Origin: Tubiluchus corallicola
Lineage: Eukaryota > Animalia > Priapulida
Assembly (NCBI GenBank): GCA_030141605.1
Contig: JAQGDQ010000298.1
Location: 186,001 to 250,000 of the forward strand
Length of the DNA stretch: 64,000 nt
Direction of reading: 5' to 3'
Made by a program: the position numbers and the translations under genes. The notes below the pieces were generated by a model that saw only the letters and a program-made list of their open reading frames with translations, did not search any database and had not been told where the DNA came from. This document shows positions 1 through 12,300 of this stretch, one piece after another. Position 1 is the stretch's first letter. The number at the start of each line of letters is the position of its first letter.

Positions 1-1189
1 AATGCAACATGCATCAATATTCAGTGTGTCCTTTTGTAAGTAACACGTGCTGATCTTCCCAATGTTCCATAAATGGAACATTCCATATCTCCGTAACCCG
101 TGAAGGGATTTGCCTGAAACTTGTTACATACAATAGGTATGTTAATAGAACACATCCATGTAAAAATGAATAAAAACGGACAGCTAGAAGTATTCGCGGT
201 AATATAAAGGTTAATGGAGCTTTTGTATGTGCTATAATTGTTGGTACAAGTTTAGTACAATTACTTTCAATTTTATCCACGGCAATTTCAATCGTTCAAT
301 CTTTAATGGAGTTTTTTATGTGCTATAATTGTTAGTACAAGTTCAATACAATTACTTTCAATTTTATCCACGGCAATTTCAATCGTTCAATCTTTAATGG
401 ACCTTTTTTCGATGCTATAATTGTTGGTACATTTTCAATGCCGATTACTTTCAATTTTGTCCACAATTGTTCATCTTTACGAAACCTTTTTTCGTACTGT
501 ATCTTTCAATGATTATGTTCAGTTTCAACAAGGGCATTTTGATCTTGTAATCTTTAATTGGATGCTGTTATTCAACTTCAACAAAAGAATTTTGATCTTG
601 TAATCTTTAATCGGATGTTGTTATTCAACTTCGACAAAGTAATTTCGTTCATGTAATGTTTAAATAGCGGCTGTTTTCTGTACCGTTATTGTTGGTACAG
701 TTTCAATGCTGACTGTTACGTTCAAGTTTATCAAGCAGTTTTAACTGGGCAATCTTTCATAACGTGCATTTCTCCATATGTCGTGACAGGCGTTTTTCCC
801 TGATACCTTGATATTTTTTGAAATATTCTAGTTTCGGTACTGTTTACCTTCGTCATTGTCACTTTATGTGATATATTAGCAGTAGTTGCCACCACTGTTA
901 ACAGTTTTACTTGTTTACTGCTTTAGTACTGATTAATAATCAGTGATTATGTTCAATTTCATCAAGTCAATTCTTTAAAATATTCAGTTTCTCTCTTATA
1001 ATGCATTTGTTGCCCTGATGGCAGTTTTTTACGTGACATTAATAGTGACTCGCATCACGTTATTATGTCTCTTCATTTGTCGCCTTGATGGCAGTTTTTT
1101 TCGTTACTATTACATCATTTTATGTGACACGTTGAAGATGGTACTTTCCATCACTGTTCCATAACATCCATCACTATGCTGTGACATGG

Positions 1190-1455
1190 TTATTACAACT
1201 ACAACTACGTACAGTTGTTGCTGTTTGAAAGTTTTCGTTTTTTACTGTAGGTATGGAGGCGTTGAAGTGTCTCGCTGAGAAAAATTGCTAAATCTTTTTT
1301 CGCAACTTTGATAAATTTACAATTTGTATATATAGGTTGCAAAAAACGATTTTGCAATTTTTCTCAACGTGACACTTCAAGGCCTCTATACCTACAGTCA
1401 AAAAAATACGAAAACTTTTAAACAGCAACAACTGTACGTAATTGTAATTGTAATA
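1190..1455. mobile_element. Small foldback/MITE-like palindrome
   Basis: 1190-1295 (tattacaactacaactacgtacagttgttgctgttt...gagaaaaattgc) is the imperfect reverse complement of about 1350-1455 (gcaatttttctc...aaacagcaacaactgtacgtaattgtaattgtaata). Confidence 0.6.
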
Positions 1456-1815
1456 ATCACTATTATTAATATATAGATGCTTAATCAACAGGCTTCAGTG
1501 GTTATAAGAAATGGAAACGCGCCAGTCGCAGAAGCAAAAGTAACAAAGAGAGCGGTAAACATCAACTATGGATGGTTAGTTATTTAATTTTATTACCGTT
1601 TTAGAGTTAACATGCTAATAATACTGGTCTTATGAGGCCTAATTTACAATTAAAGAAGACTACAGGTGTTTTTAAATGACTGGCACCGCTGAAAATCATT
1701 AAGTACACACAAAAGAACTAGTTTTTAGCAATCAACATATTTTGCTACCAGTGCAGACTATAGTTTTACTGTTGTCTATTTACTGTTGTCTTACTGCACT
1801 TTTTCCAGTTGATAA

Positions 1816-4515
1816 CTAATAAAAAGAAATAGCAAGAAGCAACACCAAAATCACAAACCTCATGATCTTGACTTGGTCAGGTGTTGTCTTACTTGTACCA
1901 GAATCTTTTCTTTTTATTGTTTTATCCCGGGCTAGATAATTCAAACTTACTGTAGCTTCAATCAGTCCACTAAGATGCATGTAATCCATCGTTACGATAT
2001 TGATATATGTACTTCCTGCTGAAACTTTACCTGTGTTAAACCACTCAGCGACATGTTTATTCATATTGCGGCCGTACACTTCTTTAACGTTAATGTCCCC
2101 TCCTTTCGCTCTCTTTACAATCGTGTTTCGGTCAATTGTCCCAGCTGGAAAATAAGCTGGAGTAATTTGAAATTTATCCTTTGATCTTGGCCAGTCAGCG
2201 TACATTGTTTTTAGGTTGCCGATCAATTTTCGTATGTCTATATTAGCAGCTTTCATTTTTTCTGTTGCATCTACTGCAGTGCGATCCACGTAGCGTCCTG
2301 GCCAGACAAACTCCGCATATTTTTTCTTCATGGCTATATGATGGTGGTAAATAAGAATGACCTGCTGGCGATTCTTCCAAAGGTCCGTCAGAGTATAAAA
2401 TGTTCCTTGTTTCGGTGGTGGTACTAATAATTCGTAAAACAGGCTCTTAGCCTGAAGGAGGATTTCACTGTGCAGTTCTGAGTCGATGCCGTAAAATCTA
2501 GTAAACTCAATAATCACAACTTCTTGCTCATGAAGTCTCAAAAACAAATTTATTTCGCGCATCACCTCAAATACACTTTTACCAAAAAGGCCGTGTGTAA
2601 AATTAACGTTTTGATCAAGGGCTGGTGGCTGCTTATCTGAGTAACCAATTTTACCTTCAAAGTAGCGCACGCCTCGTGTCAGTTGTTCAGTAGGGGTCAA
2701 ATCCTGACATTTGCACCAGCTCTGCAAAACAATAAATATGACTACATTTTAAAAAGGTGTTCAAATCAGATAAAATTTCCAACGCAGCATAAAGCACACG
2801 AAAATCACACATATATACCCTTTGTTCATTTACAAGTGGAATTTATGCAAAATTACAGAAGACATTGTTGTGAACGAAGCTAGAATGTAGCACTTGATTT
2901 CTTTAGAGCAATAGCATCATAGCAATGGTTGACCATTGCTTAGACAATTGTTCTTTTCAGTATTTAGTAGATAAAGATAGTGTTTTCGCAAGACAGCCTA
3001 AGATAGTTAAAATACTGCAACAAGAAACATATTGGAGCTGTTCTGCACATAAAACTGAAAGACTGAAAGGAGTTGGATCAATACTCGGTGGCAATAATGA
3101 TGACTTTCACTATTAATATCAAACTTGTAATTTTTCCAAGCACACAGACGGACATTAAAAACGACTTTGTTGATCAGTAAAATGATCTATTAGTATTTCT
3201 AATATTTCTAATAGTTCCATTTTTCGGTGAGACAATGATTTTGTAGAAAATATTGGTAATACAGGAATGAAAAATCTATAACTCTGAATGAGTTTTTGTC
3301 CCTTCTACATTGTGCAACTAAGAATAAAAATACTTTCTAACCACTACGACACGCTTTTTAAACAAATATTCGTCTAATAAGCATTCATCTGGTCCCTGGC
3401 GAGATTTACTGGTAAATGGATACGTGAACGAGTTAGCTGAACCTAAATGAGAAGAAACAACAATTAAAATCGCTTTCACACTGGAACAGATGTTAAGCGC
3501 AATGTTGTTATTCCAACAATACGTGGTAAAAACTAATATAATAAAGAGATTCCATATTGCTTGTTAGCACTTTAGATTATAATGTTAATTAACTTTTTAT
3601 TGGCTACAAAACTGTCAAAAGGTCAACTTTATACTATTCCATTATGGTAAGATAAGACACCCAACTTTCTCTATATGAAGGCCTATGTTGTTAAAATTCT
3701 CTATAGGTCTGTAAAGTATAATGCGCTCATTTGTTCCTACTACAAGACTATTGATTTTTAGATTAGCGACGGCTACACAAAAATGGTTACAAAGGCCGAA
3801 AAACTATGCAATACACTTGTTGTGTTTTGTTTCTCTCGGAAGGCTCGTAGAGAAAACCAGAAAACACGCCGTCAAATTAAACTAGTTTATTAAGCGAGAC
3901 TTCTACAACACGAAAGTATGAAGGAACGCGAAATGATTACAGTAAGCGTGAAAATCTGGAAAACGTTTAAGTGTATCTGAAAATGTAAGTATACAAGAGA
4001 ATGTGTAAGTATACGTCCGTGCGAGATCTGCGTGCCCCCCTTGTCACCGGCCTGCTTCACCTTATATAGAGCGCCCAAGAAGCTTCCAGAAGTAATGTTC
4101 CAGAACATTCCAGACGGTAAGACGATCATTCCAACGGAACATTCGACAATGTTCTATGTAATTCTAATAGATGCCAGCGATCTCCACAACAACACTACTC
4201 CTCCGTACAAACATATTTTCAATTAAGTTGTGTAACCTGCATAAGCTTAAGCTTTCAAAATGTAGAGCTAAATATAATAATAGAAAATGTTTATGCGCAT
4301 AGACTTTTGTGCAAGCCAATTTAAAAACGCTAATGTGTTATAGTTCAAAAGAAAATAAATAAGTAAAACGATATACCTGGTATTGCTAAGGAATGAAGTG
4401 GAACTTTGTGTGCTACAATTTTTGGTAGTAATTCCATCCAATTTGACGGATTGATGTTGACCGCATTAATTAACTGGTGAGGCAATATCGCCAACCAAAT
4501 AAGCCAAAAATTCAT
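1816..4515 (-). CDS. PI-PLC X domain-containing (PLCXD-like) protein, about 381 aa, 3 coding exons: 4515-4377, 3442-3342, 2721-1816; probably catalytically impaired
   Basis: Manual splicing with GT-AG sites and matching phases (1, 0) gives MNFWLIWLAILPHQLINAVNINPSNWMELLPKIVAHKVPLHSLAIPG/SANSFTYPFTSKSRQGPDECLLDEYLFKKRVVV/SWCKCQDLTPTEQLTRGVRYFEGK...FTHGLF...EVVIIEF...QVILIY...NIVTMDY...RFVILVLLLAISFY*. The motifs WMxxLP, PLxxLAIPGS, QLxxGxRYF, HG and NIVxxD are characteristic of PLCXD proteins. The exon 2 donor (GTG/gttaga) was chosen because it is the one that preserves the frame. Confidence 0.85.
3818..4191 (-). mobile_element. Solo LTR (374 bp) in intron 1 of the PLCXD-like gene
   Basis: Termini TGTTGTG...CACAACA form a 7-bp inverted repeat. 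There is a perfect 5-bp TSD, ACACT, at 3813-3817 and 4192-4196. On the minus strand the order is heat-shock elements (4111-4078), TATATAA (4068-4062), then AATAAA (3891-3886), as expected for U3-R-U5. Confidence 0.8.
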
Positions 4516-4597
4516 TATGGTTTGAAAAAATTGCCAAAATGGGATAAAATGTCAGAGAAAATCATGTTTCCCACATTTTGCGTTTCTATGAGTAGCA

Positions 4598-4647
4598 GTT
4601 ACTATGGTGACAGCATTCATGGCGTCAGTAGCTGTTACTATGGTGAC
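4598..4647 (-). promoter_or_regulatory. Tandem RFX X-box pair upstream of the PLCXD-like ATG
   Basis: GTCACCATAGTAAC occurs on the minus strand at 4598-4611 and 4634-4647, within a 36-bp duplication. It matches the GTHNYY-AT-RRNAAC consensus and lies about 85-130 bp upstream of the ATG at 4515. Confidence 0.6.
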
Positions 4648-5099
4648 AGCATTCACCGCGTCAGTAGTAGTTAGTTTGACTGTTTGCTTAGATCTAAGAC
4701 TAGCAAGATCAGTACTAGAAATTAAGTTTATTCTGTGCTTAATTTAAACGTAGAATATCGGCGTAATGCAAATGTTGTTTACACCTTAAGAAAAATTTTG
4801 CTGAACTTCAAAAAGTCATGACACAATTACACCCTATAAAAGAAATGTTTCTTTTTGCCAAAGTCGATCTTAGTAGAATACGAAATTTCCGTGATGTGGC
4901 ACTTCTTTGCACTCGAGAGTGCACTTGTATAGAAACTACTTATATAGAAACAATTGTGATATTTTTTATTTTTGTAGTATTACTTATTCAAATAAATTGT
5001 ACTGTATGAAAAAATGAATTTCCCGTAACTTTCTGGAAGTTACTGACTCAAGCTTTACCAACGTGTGGGCAGGTGTAGCCTAATTTAATGAAGATTGGT

Positions 5100-5410
5100 G
5101 CAAATAATTTTGCAACCTCTTTGTAGTATAAGATACTCTGCTACTCCAGAGCTGCTAATAAACTCGGCTATTCCAAGAGCTTGGTGTACATTGTAGTATA
5201 AACCCAGAGCTGATCAAACCCTCCCTACTTTATGATGAGAGCATTCTTTTGGAATATTACAAAATAATCCTTTCAAGTTTCAGAGTAGGAAACCACTCCC
5301 TACGAATTGAGACTGGCAGGTGCAGCAGGACCAGACGGGAAAACAGAAATGTCAGTTTTGTGATTTGAATGCTGTTACTCTTACTCATGCGCTTATAGAA
5401 TTTCTCGAAA
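5100..5410 (+). mobile_element. Degenerate LINE (CR1/L2-like) ORF2 C-terminal fragment
   Basis: About 5292-5352 translates to NHSLRIETGRCSRTRRENRN, which resembles the HxLxIETGR motif at the end of LINE ORF2. Boundaries are approximate. Confidence 0.45.
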
Positions 5411-7393
5411 ATAATGATCGTGATTAGTTCTCGCTCCATTTCATCTTTCATTCACTTCTCCCCCCCCCCCCCCACATCTATGTATATATCATCATTATCT
5501 CAATTATTAATCTTTTCTTCAAGGTTTGAACGTACAATTTGGCCTGTCAAGCTATGCTTTTAGGCTCAAACTGTATGCATCAAAATTATTGTGTAATGTA
5601 ATTTGTACGCATATATGCTAACTGCTAAAGATTCTTTTTTGTAATTTCTGGACTATATTGCATTTGTATTTATATTTACTTTAATGGATAATTATCTGTA
5701 TTTTAATGATGATTGTAAGACGCAGTGTGGAACTTTTTTTGATGATCCCATTCATGATATCACTTTCTTTTATGACACAACTCACCATAAATAAAGCCAA
5801 ATATTTGCAGCAATAATAATCTTTAACTTAATAATTTTCAATTTCTGTAAATATTCACGATTGTAATTAATATGGCACTAAAATTATATTTCATGCAATG
5901 ATGCGTCTTGCTTGTCACTGGACAAACTATATATATTATAGTTTATTGACATATATAAATGGTATTGTTCCGGGATTCGACCCGGTAGATAGCCTTAGGG
6001 CCCGCCATCGGTGATGCGGGTAAGCGCTGCATAACAGATAATGCAGAAATTTAAAAAAAGAAACAACAAAACCAAAACTTAGAATTCAAAAGGGACGGCT
6101 GAGAAGAACAACACAATGGAAAAAAACAATACCTGATGACAATGCTCCAAACCTTATGGAATCCACGACACTCGGCGGGCAGACAGGAGAAGTGCATTCC
6201 ACGACAACCAGAAGACAACTGACGATGTCACGTGTTCGTTCTTTCCATAGGAAACCATTGCTCAACCAGGTAATTTTATTGGTTTCCTAGTTTAAAGTGG
6301 CGGTCATAACATTACCTGTAGGTTGGCTGGCCTGGTGCCTATGAATAGAACTGTATAATGCACTGTTCCCTGTTCAGGTCAGTATTAATTTCGTTATTGT
6401 TTCCGTTTAGCTTGACTATATTCAAAATTCACTATTTTCACTATTTTGATGGCAACCAAGAAGTCAATAATGGATTGTTGCAGCCGTGTACTTTATAAAG
6501 AGTAGTGTCGACGCAAAGATGAGAATTAAAAGTAGATAATTTATAGAAACAAACAGCTAGACTTCGCTGTCATGTTCCTCATACTGATTGCGATTACGGG
6601 ACAGGTGCTGAACTGGAAAGTACACCTGCCTTTTCACCAATGAATCACTGCAACCATAACATCACATTTCTAGACGCCATTATGCAATATCTAAATTATG
6701 ACTTCGCAAAGCGACGGAGTGACAGTAAACGGCATTTTGCCGTCGTTACAATACCAGTAAATACGGACAGAAAATTATTTCATCGTTTTGTCATAATGTC
6801 CCCTACATGTACAAGGAAATACATCCACATTGGTAATCTGTGCTTCAAACTTTACTTGTGCCGACACGAGCACTAGGTGTACCCTACATTCTGAAGAACC
6901 TTTGGAAGAAAAGGCACGTTCCTGGCGTGGTTGAACACAGCATCCTGGTATTTACACCAGCTTTACATACGATTAGGTACGGCTGTTTCAAGCAGGGTTC
7001 AAATTAAATGAAAATGTACGGCGTAGCACAAAATCGAGCACAGAAAATGTCACACGTTATGAAAGAGCCCAAAATATGTAACATATGATTATATGAAAGA
7101 GCTCTCCCGAGACTTGACATTTCAACATAAGAAAACGTTGAATGCCCATGTAGTCTCAAAATAATTATTTTTATTTCTTACAGAAGCTTGTGTTTATTGA
7201 TAAATATCAAAGAGAACACCAATGATATCATCAAAGTTACTACAGCAAGTATCTTACCTATTATTCTCAGATTTTTCTTCCCTGATTCTTCTCTAATTAT
7301 ATAGATTACAAAGTTATATAAACTAAATTACTTTATTTATTATTATTGTTGTTGTTATTGTTGTTACAGATCACCATGTCAACTGACTTGCGA

Positions 7394-7864
7394 GGCAGTG
7401 TTCTCTGCTGATCATCATGACAACGGACTGGGAAGGCAGAGTTCTCTGCTGATCATCATGACAACGGACTGGGAAGCAGAGTTCTCGGCTGATAATCATG
7501 ACAACGGACTGGGAAGGCAGTGTTCTCTGCTGATCATCATGACAACGGACTGGGAAGGCAGAGTTCTCTGCTGATCATCATGACAACGAACTGGGAAGCA
7601 GAGTTCTCGGCTGATAATCATGACAACGAACTGGGAAGGCAGTGTTCTCTGCTGATCATCATGACAACGGACTGGGAAGGCAGAGTTCTCTGCTGATCAT
7701 CATGACAACGAACTGGGAAGGCAGTGTTCTCTGCTGATCATCATGACAACGGACTGGGAAGGCAGTGTTCTCTGCTGATCATCATGACAACGGACTGGGA
7801 AGGCAGAGTTCTCGGCTGATCATCATGACAACGGACTGGGAAGCAGAGTTCTCTGCTGATCATC
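7394..7864. repeat. Minisatellite, 40-41 bp unit, about 11.5 copies
   Basis: Unit gagttctctgctgatcatcatgacaacggactgggaaggca, repeated head to tail with no spacers. It directly abuts the Helitron-like copy. Confidence 0.95.
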
Positions 7865-7865
7865 G

Positions 7866-8490
7866 TGTCGTGTCATTGGGTGTTTATTTTTCGAATCGGG
7901 CCCACCGCGAGGAACGGCGGGTCATTTTTCGGCCGTTTTTTGCAAAAGTTATACGTCTGACATCTGAAGAACGGGAACGGGCCATGGGTGGTGCTGGCTA
8001 TGGATAGATAGCCCGTTCGGCGGTGGGTGTCATAGGCATATTTAGAATCCGCGAGAGGGTCACGGCGTCCCGTAACGGGCGTTTTCCCGGACTCAACTCG
8101 CGATTTTTTCGAAATTTTGACCAAACAGCCTGTGGAAAAAACGTTCTAGCGGCGCCTGGTGGGACTCTCAAAAGGAGATATATCGCTCTTTAGAAAAAGG
8201 AAGAACAGGGCTACACGATGATATGGGCTATATTTCAGGAGACGTCCACCGAAAGGAGTATGGAAGGGTTAATTAGATGTTCTATTTCCGGCAATTTTCG
8301 CTTACAAAACTGCTGACGCAAAGACATTGTTCTGACGTCATCCATTATACTCTGCTTATAACTTTAATTCAGAAAAAGCTGCTGCTGCTGGCTTTGCATT
8401 AGGTAAGTAAACAAACACTAGGTAGAATGTTCGCGCATTGTTGATTATAAGTGTATTTATACGCAAAATTTTTTGCGGGGCCTTTGCTAG
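7866..8490 (+). mobile_element. Non-autonomous Helitron-like element, 3' part
   Basis: Ends in the hairpin CGCAAAA-tt-TTTTGCG (8462-8477), followed about 10 nt later by CTAG and a flanking T. It is clearly homologous along its length to 62296-62979. No TSD is visible. Confidence 0.7.
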
Positions 8491-8619
8491 TTTTTATTAT
8501 TTTATGAAAGTCTTTTATGCAATAATAGATGTGGGATAAATTAAACTTTAAAAGATTTTAGGAGTGAAAGTTGTCAAGTACAAGCTATTATGCATTTATC
8601 AACATACTGAAAATATCAA

Positions 8620-8790
8620 AATTACAGTTACAAACAATGTTTATGTTACAATCACAGTTACAAACAATGTTACAATCACAGTTACAAACAATGTTACAAT
8701 CACAGTTACAAACAATGTTGCAATCACAGTTACAAACAATGTTACAATCACAGTTACAAACAATGTTACAATCACAGTTACAAACAATGA
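8620..8790. repeat. Minisatellite, 24-bp unit, about 7 copies
   Basis: Unit acaatcacagttacaaacaatgtt. It explains the spurious TITVTNNV and CNCDCNIV ORFs. Confidence 0.95.
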
Positions 8791-9341
8791 ATAAAAATCT
8801 CAACAATTCTTTATAATTATTTATGTTTATTATGATCGAGTTTTGCAGCCATATTATCACATTTGCATCGCTTTACCAGCATCGAATTAGTAACTATAAA
8901 AAAATTCCATCTATCACATTAACTTATTTTTAATTTTATCAAACAATGCTAAACTAACAATACTGTTATGAGATACAAATAGCTGTGCATTAGATGTTGT
9001 TCACACTTCAAAGTAACATTCTATCAATGATGAATGACGATGTGGAAAAGTAGACGATTCTGTTTATTTTAAAGGGTACATCAAATTTGAAAGAAATTTA
9101 AAATTCAAAACAATTAATGGAATGTGAACTAAAATAGTGTAAACGTTTTATGACCAAAATTAGATTATTTAAAGCCAGAAAAATCCTTAAACAAATAAAC
9201 CGCAAAATCTGAAAAATGTGAAAAATAAAGGGGCTACTAACAAAAGTATTTTTTAGAATTATGACTTAGAAAATTAGGCCAGTTAATAAAATTTAACCAA
9301 AGATGCTATAAGATAAATAAAGGTAGCAAAAGGTTAGCGAT

Positions 9342-12300
9342 TTAGTTCTTCCAGACATGTCTCTTGCAATGTTCCACGGCCTGAAAGTTAAGTATAAATT
9401 ATTGCATTAGTCCAATTATTTAACATAATTAGCAAGTAGATATAATTAATTACAAATGAAAGCTGAGTTGGAAGTTTCACATTGCTTATTTACAAGCAAA
9501 CAAATACACTGCATGGACCTTATAATCTAAGAGGTGGCTAGAATGTGTGTCACTAATGCCCGTCTGAACCAGCACCCTCAATAATTTTAGCTACGAGCCA
9601 TCACTGTTTACGTTAACAATAGTCCAATAGTCTAGTTTGGTCACATTTTAATTACTTAATTCTGATTTAACCGCACATCAAAATTCTGCCTAATTACTCA
9701 CTGTAATAACAATAATAAGTACTTTTATATTTGCTATTGTTTTCTCACAGGAATTTGTTCAAATAGTATAGAGCAATATAGGTGGTATGGGCACCTGAAA
9801 AGAAGAGTCGGGGAAGATCACGTGGGAAGGGAGGTCATGGAAATGGAAGTGCTGGGAAATAGAAGAAGAGGACGACCCAAGCTGAGATAGTTTGAATGCA
9901 TAAATGGAGACCTTAGGGAGAAGAACATAAATGAAGAGATGGTCAACAACAGGAATGCGTGGAGAAGACTTATTCACAACGGCAACCCCGCATAGGGAAA
10001 AGCTGGGAAGAAGAAGTATAGAGTAAAATAAATGTTAAAAACATCTTACATTGCATTCATCAGCATTTGCACGGCTGGCGCACCAGTAAGCAGGGCCGTA
10101 CGTGCATTTCTCCTCACCTAGAAGATGTTTCTTCACTGGCTTCACTGCCTCATTATCTTTACACGCTTTTATCATCTGAAAAACAAAAGAACAGTTAGCG
10201 ACGCAAGTTACGAATGCAGATGCAGTTTTATCTACAGAAAGAATAAGCGGTCAATGCTACGAACAAGCAGCATCAGGAAATGGTGCTTATTAAGCAACGT
10301 GGCAGTGCAAAAGAACGTTGTCTTGCAACTAACTAGGAACAATCGAATAGCCCACTAAGTATCGATTCTTCTGCATTCTAGGATCTTGCTCATAAAAACT
10401 GCCACAGAGGAAAAGCCTGTCGGAAACATCTTTCTGACTGGACAATTATTTTATATTATTCTACTTAAAGCTAGTTAAGAAGTATTCCATGTATGGTAGG
10501 AACATAAACTTTTGCAGCTTACTTGTAATGAATAACTTTAAAGCCAAGTGAATCACTATTGTCATCGCCATATTAGCTACGTAATTATCTAAATGCATAT
10601 GGTAGTAAAAGAGTGTAGGCAGAAAGTAGATCCTTGGAAAAATGGGTAGGCAGGAAGTAGATCCTTGGGAAAATGGGTAGGCAGGAAGTAGATCATTGGG
10701 AAAATGGGTAGACAGGAAGTAGATTCTTGGGAAAATGGGTAGGCAGGAAGTAGATTCTTGGGAAAATGGGTAGGCAGAAAGTAGATCCTTGGGAAAATGG
10801 GTAGGCAGGAAGTAGATCCTTGGGAAAATGGGTAGGCAGAAAGTAGATCCTTGGGAAAATGGGTAGGCAGGAAGTAGATCCTTGGGAAAATGAGTAGGGA
10901 GGAAGTAGAGAAAATGGGTAGACAGGAAGTAGATCCTTGGGAAAATGGGTAGGCAGAAAGTAGATCCTTGGGAAAATGGGTAGGCAGGAAGTAGATCCTT
11001 GGGAAAATGGGTAGACAGAAAGTAGATCCTCGGGAAAATGGGTAGGCAGGAAGTAGATCCTTGGGAAAAACCTGTCGGGCGCGTGAAAAGGATGGAACAG
11101 GTTTTTTCCCAGTGATATAACAATTTCTAACATGTTTTTGAGAGTACTTATTTAGTACAAAACTGTGCACAGATAAATAAAGAAATTAGTACTAACATTT
11201 ATGACTGTAACTCAATATGCCGTCTAACACATCTATTGTTGTATTTCAACATGTTGTCTAACATTGTAGGATTGTTGTAAATAAGTAATTGTATCACGAT
11301 GTTCTAATCATTCGTTCTTTGCTTTTATTTATCTCTAGCTGAGAAACTACAGTGAATATCGACAAAATACTAAATAAGATGTGAACTTTTCGTGAACTTC
11401 CTTTAGATACAAAAAACCTTCAGTCTAATAGCTACTATAAGAGCAAAGAAAAAATAACTAGAACTTTTTACAAGATCGTGCCATGAGCAATGTGCCATTT
11501 TCAAGTTTGTGACAAAGCCATAAGAGAATGTAAACAATCTAGTGACCAAATCTGTCGCTTTTTACCACCTTATGATGAATTAGATGACGATATAAATATC
11601 AAATGTATGTAATGATGTAAAGTACATTGAGTGGAGCACAGACACTAGTCAGTAGAGAACAAGAGAGCAACTCACACTCAACCCCTTGTCAATACAACTA
11701 CAAATAAACAACCTTACCTCACCTGGCCTGCCATTACCACGCCTAATTTAAGCTAATGAATGATCAAGAAGAAAATGTCTATCAAGGTACTCACAGTGCA
11801 AACCTCCTGAGGTTGTGCCAGTTGAGCAAGAAGTTGAATTACATAAGGACCATACGTGTCGACGAAAGTATCACAATCATTTCGCATCGTTCCAGGTAGA
11901 AAGTTACAAACCTGGAATACATTTAAATGCATATCATCAAAAAAGCCAATATACTTATCAAATCAAATAACGAAAAAGAAACTTAATAAAACTCGGGTGA
12001 TACAGCCATGAAAGGTCTGAAAATGTTTTATTCAGAGTTTAAAGGATTAAAAAACTAAGAATTTTTACATTAGCTAGTTACATACCACCCAAAGAGTTTT
12101 GATTTCTGACTGAATTGGACATCAGAATTCTTATCGTGTCATCAGAATGTCATGATTATCAATTATCAACTCCATATGATCGAAACTGCACAAGTCAAAT
12201 TAAAAGGTGTGACCTTGTCCTGTTATATGAACTTGTTTATTCAAAAGGACGCACGCATACACACCAAAATTGCAAAACATTAATCCCACATGTAGGACAA

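Noticed and set aside
5966-6030. GC-rich hairpins with a T-loop-like ccgggattcgacccgg, considered as tRNA or ribozyme
   Set aside because: I could not build a cloverleaf, an A box or a ribozyme core. It is at most a SINE fragment. An Infernal/Rfam scan would settle it.
6130-6270. Possible plus-strand exon ending CAG/gtaatt
   Set aside because: No recognisable protein, no clear start or acceptor, and no partner exon.
10461-11170. Three long overlapping ORFs of 146-220 aa
   Set aside because: They are translations of a stop-free 31-bp tandem repeat inside a PSAP intron.
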